A DNA stretch of 64,000 nt from Octopus vulgaris (taxonomy: Eukaryota): the NCBI GenBank assembly GCA_951406725.2, contig OX597822.1:118668001-118732000 (forward strand), written 5' to 3'. The translations under genes were made by a program, and so were the position numbers. The first letter of the stretch is position 1. Each line of letters opens with the position of its first letter. Under the pieces are notes generated by a model. It was not told where the DNA came from. It saw only the letters and a program-made list of their open reading frames with translations, and made no database searches. Positions 24,351-38,449 of the stretch are shown here, piece by piece.

Positions 24351-25289
24351 TACATATACATATATATAGATATATAAATCCTGTGTATTGCTAGCAGTAC
24401 TTGCTGATAATTCCATGATTATTCTGCAGCATTGACAACTGTAACTTTGTTGTAAGTTTAAAGAGAGCTACGAAATCTGATTCATGCAGAACCGTGAGAA
24501 TCTAAACAATAAGGTATTTATTCATTCTTAGTAGGTTCTGGCAGATTCTCACTGCCTTGCATGCACTCCTGGAATTATCAGTTTGGCAGAGATCAGCAAA
24601 TAATTTGTTTACTGATTCCTATAAACAAGAGGCTGTATTCTTTGACTGAGGAGTCACACAATGAGGCCAAAACACTAAAGTCCCCTAAATCCAGTGAAGC
24701 ATGTGAACACATATCATCTAAATGGGAAAAGTTTAGGCGTAGGAGTGGCTGTGTGGTAAGTAGCTTGCTTACCAACCACATGGTTCCCGGTTCAGTCCCA
24801 CTGCGTGGCACCTTGGGCAAGTGTATTCTACTATAGCCTCGGGCCGACCAAAGCCTTGTGAGTGAATTTGGTAAACGGAAACTGAAAGAAGCCTGTCGTA
24901 CATATGTATTACCTTGCGTGGAAACAAGTGGGGGTTGGTGACAGTAATGGTATCCCAAGCAAAGAATATCTGCCTCAAGATATTCGGTCTTATCTATGCA
25001 AAGCATACAAAAATGGACGTGAAATGAAGATTTGAAATCATTGAAGAGGGGAGACAACCGAGTTTGCTTTAAATGTTACTTGACCAGATTTTTAATTATA
25101 CAAACCAAAAACGTCAATGTATTTAGAAAATAATCAGGAATTTAGCTGCTTTGAATAAATAATTTATAGTTTTTCCATGTGTGAAGCCCAGTAAAAAATG
25201 AGGACTCTGCATAAAAAAAATGTGTGTTTGTACAGAGGAACAGCACCAGTTGTATTTTTAATAGAATTTATCACATTCACTGTAATCAC

Positions 25290-25557
25290 CACCAGCAGTG
25301 GTCAGCAGTTGACAGCAAGCAGAGCAGTCAGCAGTCGACAGTGGGCAGTCAGCAGTTGACAACAGACAGTCAGCAGTTGACAGCGGGCAGTGGACAGTCA
25401 GCAGTTGACAGCGGACAGTCAGCAGTTGACAGCGAGCAGTCACCAGTTGACAGTGGGCAATCAGCAGTTGACAACGGACAGTCAGCAGTTGACAGCGGGC
25501 AGTGGACAGTCAGCAGTTGACAATGGACAGTGGACAGTCAGCAGTTGACAGTGTTGA
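25290..25557. repeat. ~21-bp minisatellite (cagtcagcagttgacagcgga-like, ~11 units) in PDCD6 intron 5
   Basis: Repeated core gtcagcagttgaca. Confidence 0.92.
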
Positions 25558-25919
25558 CCATTCATATTGGATTACTGTGATAGTTTAATATTTAGAATAG
25601 TCTGGTATCAATATTTAGAATAGTCTGGGGCACATTCTGTGTGAACATATTAATTCTGTGAAAACTAGATAACCATATCCAAATATCTATTTGGGTAATA
25701 CTATTCCTACACCCATGTGCACACCCCAACGTCACCATAACATTATTAGCAATAAGATATTCAACCTCACGACATAACAATTTGAATATACATCTCCCCA
25801 TTTAGTCCAGAATATCAATCTGTTGTCAAGTGTCCAGAGTCATGCAATCAGATGAATACTGTGTCAGTCATTTACCATATGTTGAAAATATTGCTTCTCT
25901 GGGCATCAACATGCTAAAG

Positions 25920-26182
25920 CAGTGGTTCCCAAAGTGGATGGTACTGCCCCCTTGGGGGTAGTGGAAAAATCCAGGATGTTGAAGAAAAGTGGGGTGGTAA
26001 TGGGTTGGTCAATGGATGTAAAAAAAAAAAAATGATGGATTAATTAGGTTAAGTTTATTTATGATATTGTTTTGAATTTGCTGCAGAAAGTGGTCTGTTT
26101 GTGGTGGTGAGTGGTGGGGGGCACTAGGAATGTGACCTGGGGGCTAAGGAGGTGAAGGCCTGAAAATGTTTAGGAACCACTC
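25920..26182. mobile_element. hAT-type MITE (similar element at ~48620-48996)
   Basis: CAGTGGTTCCCAAA / tttaggaaccactc termini, with the 8-bp TSD TGCTAAAG at 25912-25919 and 26183-26190. Confidence 0.85.
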
Positions 26183-26904
26183 TGCTAAAGTTTCAATATT
26201 TAGCCACTGACTAGGTAAAAGCCCACAAGATTATGCACGATATTTTGAACAACTTTTATCCATCTTTTTTTAATTCAATATCTCAACCATTTGTGGACAT
26301 GCTTAGAAAGTAAAAAAAAAACAGCAGAGCACCCATGACTTTTATACACCTAGAATTGTCAAACCATAGACTAAGCTACCAACATTGGTTGTTAGCTGTT
26401 AGAACACTGCATTTTTTAAAAGTCCATGCTTCCCGAAAATTTCCAACACTATTCTGATGTGCCTATGTACTCATTCCTCTTTATGGCTCTTTTACGGTCC
26501 ACTTTTCTGTCTCTGTTTTATTCTGTGTTGTGCAAATACTTCCCACTTCCCTTGCTGCTTTCCTACATTTGACCATTTGTGGTTTCTCTCTGCAGTTTTA
26601 ACCTTTTCTAATGAAATGTAGTGCACCTTAGCACTGTATACTTTAAGCTCATTACTATTATTATTAAAGGTAAATTCTTTAAAAAGGTAGCAAACTTGCA
26701 AAATCATTAGCATGCTGGACAAAATGCTTAGCAGAATTTCGTCCATCTCTACATTCTGAGTTCAAATTCCACCTAGGTTGACTTTGCCTTTCATCCTTCC
26801 AGGGTCGATGAAATAAGTACCAGTTGAGTATTGGGGTTGATGTAATCTACTAGCTGGCTCCCTAAAAATCTCAGGCCTTGTGCCTACAGTAGATAGGATT
26901 GTTA

Positions 26905-27528
<624 letters not shown>

Positions 27529-27568
27529 TATTGGAAGATAAATTCTATTATCAAAATGGGAAAAGTTA

Positions 27569-27784
<216 letters not shown>

Positions 27785-28644
27785 TCAAAGACATCCACAA
27801 ACATTAAGTGAGGCGACAGTAGTTATTCATAAAAACAAATTACTGCTGTTGCATTCTTCACTAAAGACAGTATTTGTTCAGGCAAACTTTCCACAGCCAG
27901 ATGCCTTTCCTGTCACCAACACTCACCTGTTTCCAAGCAAGGTAATATTTCCCCATGGTCTGACATGTTTTACATAGAAGATTAGAAATGGACAACATCC
28001 TTTCATCATCATCATTTAACGTCCGCTTTCCATGCTAGCATGGGTTGGACGATTTGACTGAGGACAGGCAAGCCAGGAGGCTGCAATCAGGCTCCAATCT
28101 TGATCTGGCAGAGTTTCTACAGCTGGATGCCCTTCCTAACGCCAACCACTCTGAGAGTGTAGTGGGTGCTTTTACATGCCACTGGCAAGGACCTCACTCG
28201 AATCTTTTTACACATGCCACCAGCACAGGTGCCTGTAAGGCGACGGTGGTAACGATCACGCTCGAATGGTGCTTTTTACGTGCCACCGGCACAGAGGCCA
28301 GTTATCTGCTCTGGCAACGATCACGCTCAGATGGTGCTCTTTGCACCCCGCTAGCACGGATGCCAGTCATCGAATTTGGTTTTGATTTTGATTTGTATAA
28401 CAATGATGCTTGTTTACAACCATCACATGATGTCGAGACAAAGGTTCACACAACCATACATACAAGGGTTGGTTGAAAAATTCACAGACTGATCAAGATA
28501 CTCTCATGGAATGTGACAAAAAATGAGGTTTGTAATCCACACATTTCTTCCATCAGAGTTGTAGCACCTGGATACCATTGGTGAAGAAGCTTTCAGCTTA
28601 TTTACCGAAAAAAGTCAACAGCAGATATAACATCATCAATGTGA

Positions 28645-28759
28645 TCTTGGGTTCAATCCCACTGCATGGCACATTGAGCAAATGTCTTCTACTGTAGCCC
28701 TGGGTTGATCAAAGCCACATGAGAGGATCTAGCAGGCAGAAACTGAAAGAAGCTCAGTG

Positions 28760-28812
<53 letters not shown>

Positions 28813-29035
28813 CGTTCTGACATCATGTGATGGTTGGTAACGAACATCCCTGTCCACACAAGCAATGTTCATTTCTGGTCTTTCATGAGAAAGATGTCTG
28901 ACCATGGGGAAATTCACCTTGCTCCAAAACAAATGAGGTTTGGCAGCAGGAAGGGTATCTGGCCAGAGAAAATCCACCACAACAAATTGTCTCCTCCATG
29001 CAATCATTGAAAATGGACATTAGAGAATAATGATG
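28645..29035 (+). mobile_element. CORE-type SINE variant with an RTE-like 3' tail (also ~24735-25030, 38745-39125, 56165-56560)
   Basis: Same head/CORE as the 1017 family, but ends in aggaagggYatctggcc..agaaa...ccatgcaa.catggaaaa.tggac.tta...gatga. Confidence 0.7.
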
Positions 29036-29188
29036 AACATCTCTTATGGGGGTCTTTCTTACATGATAGAAATTAGAAATGGCTAAACATATAAAAAGGT
29101 ACCAAAATAAGCTTAAACAAATCTTTACACATGTTGAACCACGACAAATGATTATATTAAAAGGAGGAAAGATAACTGTTTAACTTAC

Positions 29189-29233
29189 CAACCATCAATC
29201 GTACAGTTTCTGGGTTGAAAGGTGTCCATGTAC
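29189..29233 (-). CDS. PDCD6: PDCD6/ALG-2 coding exon 3 (45 nt; GTWTPFNPETVRLMV(G)), absent from the ORF track
   Basis: ttaccag|GT ACA TGG ACA CCT TTC AAC CCA GAA ACT GTA CGA TTG ATG GTT G|gtaagt. Matches ALG-2 GTWTPFNPVTVR. Confidence 0.94.
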
Positions 29234-30370
29234 CTGGTAATTAGATGTGAAAGGTTAGTAACATCAAAGTCAAAGTGTGTATGTATGTACATCTATGAGA
29301 GAGAGAAAGAGCGCGCGTGTGTGTGTGTGTGGATGTGTGTCTATGAGTGAGAGAGGGAGAGTATGTGTGTGTGTATATGAGAAAGAGAGAGAGAGATGAG
29401 AGAAATGAATGAGGCAACAGGGTCATCTGATAAAGCCAAGCAGTTAAATGACTCGTACACGAAGAAAGTACAGTTATTTTTATTTTTTTGTGTTTTACCA
29501 TTTATTCAAAGAATGGAAGAACAGTACCCATGAGCCTTTATTTTCCCAGAGCCTCCAAAAACTGGTGAGAGAGGGGGAAGGAGGATTTACTCAAACTGGA
29601 GAGCTGGCCTAAATGCTTGCAATAGGGTGAACCCCACTAAAGGTACCCAGGGACCAGGTGGGGATGTTAAACCAGAGAATGCATTTAGTCTATTGTCAGG
29701 AATTCAGAACACGAAGGGTTGGAAGAGATACCACTAGTTATTGCATCCAGCTCTAACAATTCTACAAGCTACTATCCACTTTATTTCATTGACTCCTAAA
29801 ATGAATGAAAGATTTAGCTGACCTTGATTGTATTTGAACTCAGCATGCAGATAGCCAGAACAAATACTACAAGATATTCTGTCCCCTACTCAATGTCTCG
29901 GTGCACCAAACTGATTCCTTTAGGTAGGCATGGAATATGAAAATTTTATGGGAAGGAGGAATTGAAGTGGGAACGATTATGCTTTTCTAGAAAGCAAAAC
30001 ATAAAAGGAAGTGAAATCAATACAAGAATAAAGGGAAACTTGTTTGTAGACCAAAATCCTTGGCAGAAAGTGTAACAGAACCTGTCTGAGGTTCTCTTAC
30101 AAACTTGGTGCTTTCAGGTGATCTAAACTGAAATCTTCCACCAAAACTGCATTATTAATTTATGTTCCAAACATTAGTTTAATAATGAAAAATTTATTTT
30201 ACCAAATTCTTTATCATTTTCAAAATTAATCGTAACAAAGGCAGCGTGTTTCAAAAGAAATATTGTAACAGAAGGCTCTAAACACTCAACGGTCATTTGG
30301 AAAATTTATTAATTCAAACAGAACTAGGTGGCACAGTCACGTTTATCAATCTTCTTTATTTGTTCTACAT

Positions 30371-30673
30371 TTAGTTTAACACTATCTCTCTTCCTCTCAT
30401 CATTCCCCTGTCTACTGTATTGTTATTATTATTCTGCTGCTTTCCCTCACTTTTATGTATTGTCAGTCATCACTTAGTTTGACAGTATAAGTCTGAAGAC
30501 TGCATTGTGCTCCAGTGTCTAGGTCTATGGTACAGACGGCTAGGTCATATGTAGATAGAATTTAATTTAATAATAATGAAGTAATTTAGCCATAATCAAG
30601 CAGACAGTTGGTCAGAGAGGATCCAGCTATAACTGTTTTGAATGTAGGACTGCTTTATTTGATAAAGCTGTGG
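30371..30673 (-). repeat. Inverted repeat arm B (PDCD6 intron 2)
   Basis: Reverse complement of 27215-27528. Confidence 0.92.
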
Positions 30674-32484
30674 CTCTTAAGACAGTATTCTAGAAATAAA
30701 CTGTACTTTAACATAACTCAGATGTAGTTCTGATAGGACTTTGATAATGAAAACCTGGCGAAAACAGGACCATCATTTTAGAAATCTTTTATCTGTAAGA
30801 CTAATTTAAAACTTTCCACATTTAAAGATTGGTAATTCTGTTATGGTTTTGAAATGATACCCTTAATTTCATTGACAAAAATTTAATTCCTTCACAAATG
30901 CAACATTCAAAGATCTAGTGTTTAATCCCTTAGTGTTCAGACTACTCTGTCTAATATAAAGCTTATTTATCCACATCGTTTTTGAATTAATCGTGCATAA
31001 TCTTGTGGCTTTCAGATTTTGACGATGTGATTGTTTATTTTTAGAATGACATTGCAGAGTAAACGTGAAAGGCTGGATATGCTCAGTTTGAACATAAAAT
31101 GGGGGGTAGAATATTTGGGTCAGATATGGCTAGTTTAAATGCTAAGCAGTTAATTCTTGTCTTTGTTAGTTGTCTAAGAGATAAGACAGTCTCTTACTGA
31201 AGAAAACACCAATCTCCCTAAATAGGTTCACTTGTCCCTCTCATTCACAAGGCAATAAAAATGTAAGTCATTGGTATTTCAAAGTGGTCGTGAATAAATG
31301 AGTATCAAATTTCTCCTTCCAAAGCCTTTTTCTTACATCTTGGGATCAAACTGAGATGAATCTACTTAAAACTGAATCTACCATTTCTTCAAACAGTTCT
31401 GTTAGCCATTAAAAATAATAGTTTCCAACTGAACTAACGAGGAACAGTCTTCATAAATATACACAAAACTTACAACAAAATCAAACAAAACAAACAAGGC
31501 ATGACAAACACACAAGAAAAATTAACGAAGCTTTCTAACAGCAGTTTGTGAACAAAGGATAAACAATAAACCCTAAACAGTGAGGAGTTAAAAATAAAGG
31601 GGGGGGGGGGCGTTCCTAAAATGTGTAACAAAAACTTTGAGGTGTGCCAGTACTATTATTAATTACCATTTCAAAAGGTCCTTATCTTGTTTGTTATCCC
31701 TTTTAAAACAACATTTCTGACATTCATTTGCTGCTCTGGAAGGTAACAAACATGAACTATTGATGCCAATAAGTAATATTGGTTTCAAATTTTGGCACAA
31801 GGCCAGCAACTTTTTTTGGGGGGGGGGGGGTAAGTCAGTTACACAGATCCCAGTACTTAACTGGTACTGATTTTATCAATCTCCAAAATATGAAAGGCAA
31901 AGTTGACCTACTTAGGAAGTTAAGTAACCCTGTAGAGGCTTATTGAATTAATATGGTGAAAATTTGAATGTATTTGGTATTGGGTCTACTCATGATTATT
32001 TGATTTACCACTTTCATACTACCAAGCCAATAGTGAAACATAGCAACAACTCTCCACCCATGCCCTCATCTCTGAACATATCTATGCATGGATCCCAGTT
32101 GATTGACTTATTTAATTTAAATAAGCCCTGAACACAATGAAAACTGCCTTCACAATTATCCTATTTGAAGGATATAAATCGTACGTTAATCCTTTTGTAA
32201 CCAGGTTTCAGTTGATATACACTGCCTTTATTTCAATTGATCTTGAAAATTATACTCTTTTAGTTGTTTCAGTCATTTGACTGTGGCCATGCTGGAGCAT
32301 CGCCTTTAGTCGAGCAAATCGACTCCAGGACTTATTCTTTGTTAGGCTAGTACTTATTCTGTCAGTCTCTTTTGCTGAACCGCTAAGTTATAGGGAGGCA
32401 AACACACCAGCGTTGGTTGTCAAGTGATGTTGGGTGGGGTGGGGTGTGGGGCAAACACAGCCACACAAACATATCCATACACAT

Positions 32485-32531
<47 letters not shown>

Positions 32532-35261
32532 TGTGACGGGCTTCTTTCAGTTTCTGTCTACCAAATCCACTAACAAGGCTCGAAGCTATAGTAGAAGAGA
32601 CTTGCCCAAGGTGTCATGCAGTGGGACTGAACCCGGAACCATGTGGTTGGTAAGCAAACTACCAAACACACAGCCACTCCTGCGCCTATTATGAGGAATT
32701 TTTTTGAAGAACTGTCCTTATCAATCTAGTGTTTAGACTATTATATGGTGAACTTAAATTATATGGTGAACTTTTAATTTAGATAATTATCATCATCGTC
32801 ATTCAAAGGCCATTTTCTATGGTGGCATGGGTTGGACAGTTTGATGAGCCAGAGCACTGCACGAGGCTCCAGTGCCAGCTGAGGCATAGTTTCAACAGCT
32901 GGATACCCTTCCTAATGCCAATCACCTCAGAGTGTACTGGGCATTTATTATGTCACACTAGTACTAGTAAAGTCACTAAGTAACTAGCAAGACAAGACCC
33001 TCCTCTCCTCAACTGACGGGGTGGAGGTAATATTGAGGGAGAAGATGGTTTTATACTCAATAATGAGAGATTAAAGTAAGATAGAGGGACAGGAACAGGT
33101 GTTTTGCTGAGAGGAGATACACAACTACCCCAGGTGGAAAAAGGGAGACAATGGTGAAGAGATGACAGGGTATCACCTCTTCACCACCTTAACCCTTTCA
33201 CTACTGTATTTCTGTTGAGATGATCTGTGTTTCTTTGAATTACTTTAAATAAAACAAAGAATTTAGTAAAATAACTTAGGTGTCATTAAGCCAGTGTTAG
33301 GAACATAAATTGTGACTAAGGTTTGGTGGAAGATTTTAATTCAGAACTTATGAAAACAAGACATTTGTACTCAGAGCCAGAGCTGGTTTCAGTTGGGTTG
33401 GTAACGAAAGGGTTAAGTTGCAGGAAGGTGAACATAAGTGGTCCAGAGGATTAGACAGAATGAATGAGTAGGTAAGTTCACAGGAGTGTGAAAAGAGGAT
33501 GGCAGATGGAGAGATGAGAACAGAGGTGAATGCAGTGAATGGTGAATATGAGTAGAGGGGGGGGGGGTCAATGGTGAATGCCACTTTGAATTTTGTTACC
33601 TTATTTCTGTTGAAATACATTGATGTTGCTTCAATTACTTTTGAAAATAATGAAGAATTAAAATAACTTCCATTACCAAATCCACTCATGCATCTCATGT
33701 GTTTTTACATTCTAAGTTTAAATTCTGTTGAATTGATTTTGCCTTTCATCCTTTAGGGATCGATAAAATGAGTACCAGTTGAGCACTGGGGGGTTGATGT
33801 AACTGACTTACCCTCTCCCCTAAAATTGTTGGCCTTGAGTCAAAATTTGAAACCATTATTAAGCTGTGTTTGGAATAAAAACTAACACAAAGTTTTGACG
33901 AAAGATTCCCAGTGATAATGAGATAAACCATCTCAGTAATATCTCATTTGAAAGAAAAGGAATTAAAGTTAATGTTTGCGAATATATCAAGTTAACTCTT
34001 GATACTAACCCAGCTGAGACTTCTGGTCCCATGATGCAAATTTCCTGTTTCAAAGTAGTCTAAATTAAAATCTTCCATCGAAATTTGATGACAGGCATCT
34101 GTGCTAGTGGAGCGCTAAGAGCATCATCCAAGTGTGATTGTTGCCAGAGCAGCTAAATGGCTTCCATGCCGGTGACACATAAAAAGTACCATTCGAGCAT
34201 GATTGTTACCAGCGTCACCTTACTAGCACTTGTGCCGGTGGCATGTAAACAAAGCATTTGAGCGAGGTCATTGCCAGTGCTGCTGGACTAACTCCTGTGC
34301 AGGTGGCATGTAAAAAACACCATTTGAGCATGGCTGTTGCCAGTACCACCTGACTGGCCCTCATGCCGGTGGCACGTAAAAGCACCCAGTACACTCTTGG
34401 AGTGGTTGGCATTAAGAAGGGCATCCAGCAGTAGAAACTCTGCCAGATCAAGACTGGAGCCTGGTGCAGCCATCTGGTTCGCCAGTCCTCAGTCAAATTG
34501 TCCATGGAAAGCAGACGTTAAACGATGATGATGAAATTTCATATCACTTAACATTCTAAACAACAGCTTAATAAAGACATATTTTCTTAATTTTACATTA
34601 TTTTCAAAATTGACTGGAAGAAAGGCAGTGTATTTCAACAGAAATATGGTAACAAAAGGGATAAAAATTCCATTACAAATTCACTTTAATTCAAGTTGTA
34701 TAAACCAGCTTAACATCAATGAAGTTAATTTACTAAATTTTTTATTGTTTTCAATTAATTGAGACAAAGTGAATTTCAACAGAAATATAGTAATAGAAGG
34801 GTTAAGTTGGACCAACTTTTGGAATTCAAAAGATCAAATCTCCTTAAAAAAACTACATTAATTTAGTTGACTGATTCTGCTCAGTTTAAATACAACTTAA
34901 CACATTTTTATCAAAATCTAATAAAAATATTAAAACAATATCAGTCAACTAATATTGTTTTTCCTATCCCAGTATAATTATTTCTGGTCAGGCATTTAAT
35001 ATGTTAACACTAATTTGCCAATAGTTTTAAGAAAAAAAAATTAGAAAAACCTAAAATAGATATTAAATCAATTTTAATATTTGAGAGAGACAGGACAAAG
35101 GGGATAAAGATTAAAAGGTGAGGTACAAGTAAGAATGCTTGGAAACTAAGGAATCTAAAACACCGGGCCTTAAACACAAGGAACATAATCATGTCTAGTT
35201 AGTAGATTACTGTTCTGACGAGATAACAAATTCTCTCTCTCCCTCCAGACACACACACACA

Positions 35262-38200
35262 CACAAAGACTGCACTGAGAGTAATATCAGGCCATGAAGA
35301 ATGAAATGTCCAATTTGGAACTGAAAGCTTATTTTACTTTATCTCAACAAAATGTAAAGCAGTTAATCCAAGTGTGCACCTAAATTACCAACACAATTTT
35401 ACCATTTTATCAGCAGCTAATTATGCTGTGGCAGTGAAGAATTCTGGAGAGCAAGAGGTGATGAAATCGTGGAAGGCTGTTTTTGCATCTTCTTCAGATT
35501 TGAAGTTTTTTTCCTTGCAAAAAGTTGTCTAATGCCTGGAAAAGGTGACAGTCAGTTGGTGCCAGGTCTGGTGGATATGGTGGATGACAGAGTACGTCCA
35601 AGTTCAATAACTTGGGCAGCATTCTTTGTGTAACATGTGGTCAAGCATTGTCTTGCAAGAGAACTGGCCTGTCTCTATTGACCAATCTTGGTTGTTTAAT
35701 TGCAAGTTTACTCATCATTTCATCCAGCTGGTTGATGTATACATCTGCTATAATTAACTTAGCAGGTCTTGTGAAGCTGTAGTGGATGATACCAAGACTG
35801 GATCACCAAACAGACACCATTAGCTTTTTTTAGTGAATATTCTTTTTGTGTTTTGGCACTTCTCTATCCAACCACTGTGCAGAACACTTGCTATTTTTGA
35901 AAAGAATCCATTTTTCTTTTTTTGAAAAGAATCCACTTTTCATCACACGTAACAATACGATGCAAAAATGATTCGCTTTTATGCTGTAACAGCAAAGAAC
36001 AGCAAGTTTCAAGACGACATGTCATTTGATGCTTGTTCAGTTCATGTGGTACCCACATGTCCAGCTTCTTTAATTTGCTGATTTGTTTCAGATGGTCAAT
36101 AAATACAGTTGGAATTGAAACATCAAACCTCGCTGCTAACTCACACATAGTTTGAGATGTATCCGCTTCTACTAGTTTCCAGCTCATCACTATCCACCTT
36201 AGTCTCAGGTTTACCACAGGGCTGATTTTCAAGAGTAAAGTCACCAGACCGGAACTTCTTAAATCATCTACATAAAGTGCGCTCATTCACCACATTTTCA
36301 CCAAACACCTCATTGATGTTTCGAGCAGTCTGAGATGCACTGGTTCCACAACGAAACTCATATTTGTAAACAACATGAATTTTTGATATATCCATGGGTT
36401 AACAAAAATTAATTTACAAGAGAAAACAGACAATATAATCAGACACCATTAATTGTCAGGATAAAACATTAGAGTTAATGACTGTCAAACTTGGTGCAGA
36501 AGAACATCGGACTTTCCGTTCTTAACGACCTGATACAAAAGTGGGTATTAATTTGTATTAATTGACATTGATTATTCAAATAGCACATGTTGGTAGAGTA
36601 ATTTTCCTGTATAGTAACTCTTCTTGTTCTTCATTGAAGACAAATAATGGGTTTCATAAGCAGAAGCAGTGTACAATCATTGAGTTCTTGACAGAGGAAT
36701 GGTACAAAATGTCTGACATCTACAGGAGGCTACATGTTTCTTATAGAGATAACACCATTCATAAGAGCAGTGTGCACAGACAAGATGAAGTTTGACCCTT
36801 TAGCAATCAGATTTTTTTGTCAAATGTAATATTTATTCGAATTGAATTGAACTAGTTTCAGCTTACGCGCTGTGGCCATGCTGGGGCATTGCCATTTAGT
36901 CATAACTTTTAAAAATTGATCTTTGAGATTTCAAAGATGGGATTAATTTTTAGAACGACATTGCAAAGATGTGAAAGGCTGGATCTGGCCAGTTTGAATG
37001 TAAGAAAGGGAGTGTATTTTGGCTGAACATGGCCATTTTGAATGCTAAGGGATTAAAGAAGAGGAAACCAAAATTGAGAATAAACTACAGAGTGAGAGAC
37101 CATCACCTGCAGCAACCAATATGGATTGGCAGCAAGAAGATGAATTAATTTGCATAGGCAGAGGAATCACAATCTGTGAGTTTGCTACACAGGTTGGACT
37201 GAGATGACAATGCATTGCAGAAGATAGTGGAAAACGCAGGGTACCGTTTCTGATAGCCAAAGTGTATGTCTGCAACGTGGGGTACCTTGGCAGTTGACAT
37301 CCAATTTAAGATAAAGAGCACCATCTGAGCGTGATCATTGCCAGAGCAGCCAACTGGCTCCATGCCGGTGGCACGTAAAAGGGCACCATTCGAGCGTGAT
37401 CATTACCAACGTTGCCTTACTGGCACCTGTGCCGGTGGCATGTGTAAAAAGATTCGAATGAGGTTGTTGCCAGTATCGCCTGACTGGCCCCGTGCCGGTG
37501 GCACATAAAAAGCACCAACTACACTCTCGGAGTGGTTGGCATTAGGAAGGGCATCCAGCTGTAGAAACTCTGCCAGATCAAGACTGGAGCCTGGTGCGGC
37601 TGTCTGGTTTGCCAGCCCTCAGTCAAAATCGTCCAACCCATGCCAGCATGGAAAGTGGACGTTAAACGATGATGATGATGATGGAAGCCTGCACTGATAT
37701 GCTGGAAGAGTTCAAAGCTAATGAAGGCATATTTTTGTCTCTCTGATCTGGTGACAGGGTCTTTGTGATTCAGGGATGATGGCTCAGTCCATGATATAAT
37801 GTCACATCCTTTATTTTTCTCAAGGTAGAAAAAGTTCAAGAGCAAGAGTTAATGACAAGTACAGAAATCACGGTGACCTTCTAGGGAAGACAAGGGCATC
37901 ATGCATCAGTCTCCTTGATTTTGGGGGGCTTTTTTTTTAACATGGTTGAACCATGATCAGTGAGCAGTACATTGAAAAACTCAAAAGCTTACAGAAGCCA
38001 TTAGGAGAAAGAAACTGAACAAGAAGCAGAGAATGATCACATTTTCCATGAAAATACACAACCACATACTTTTGGCAACAAATCAGGCAATCAGCAAATT
38101 GAGCTGGTCAGTGGTACCATAAAGCTTGGACCTGGTGCTCTCTAACGTCTATTTATTCAGGCCAATGAAGGACAGACTTCGGGGACTACAATTTGATGAT

Positions 38201-38449
38201 GTAGATGAAATGAAAGTGTCTATGAAGAAGGGGGCACAATAATGAGCAAATGAATTTTTTTCAAAGAGGATTTGAGAGTTGGGTTCAACAATGGTGCAAA
38301 TGCACTGCTTGTGATAAGGACTATGTTGAGTAGAAACTTTTTATAGAAGAAGAGTTATACCCTACCAACATGTGCAATTTAAAATTACCTGTCAGTTAAT
38401 AAAAAGGTAATACACACTATTGCATTACCTTCAGCAGAATCCATTCGTG
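35262..38449 (+). mobile_element. Older mariner relic fragmented by three insertions
   Basis: QKQCTIIEFLTEE...IYRRLHVSY (36660), SERPSPAAT (37090), YLFRPMKDRLRGLQFDDVDEMK...WVQQWCKC...DYVE (38150-38330). Long subterminal inverted sequence aaatWgcacatgttggtagRgta. Confidence 0.75.
35287..36533 (-). mobile_element. Full-length decayed mariner (DD34D type, ~1.25 kb)
   Basis: TIRs tcaggccatgaagaatgaaatgtccaat and rc tcaggtcgttaagaacggaaagtccgat, with TA on both sides. Encodes WVPHEL, FLHRIVTCDEKWI, LLQDNA, HPPYPPDLAPTDCHLF. Confidence 0.9.

Noticed and set aside
25224-25520. 98-aa ORF with QSAVDSG repeats as an exon
   Set aside because: It is the translation of the 21-bp minisatellite, antisense within PDCD6 intron 5, with no convincing splice sites.
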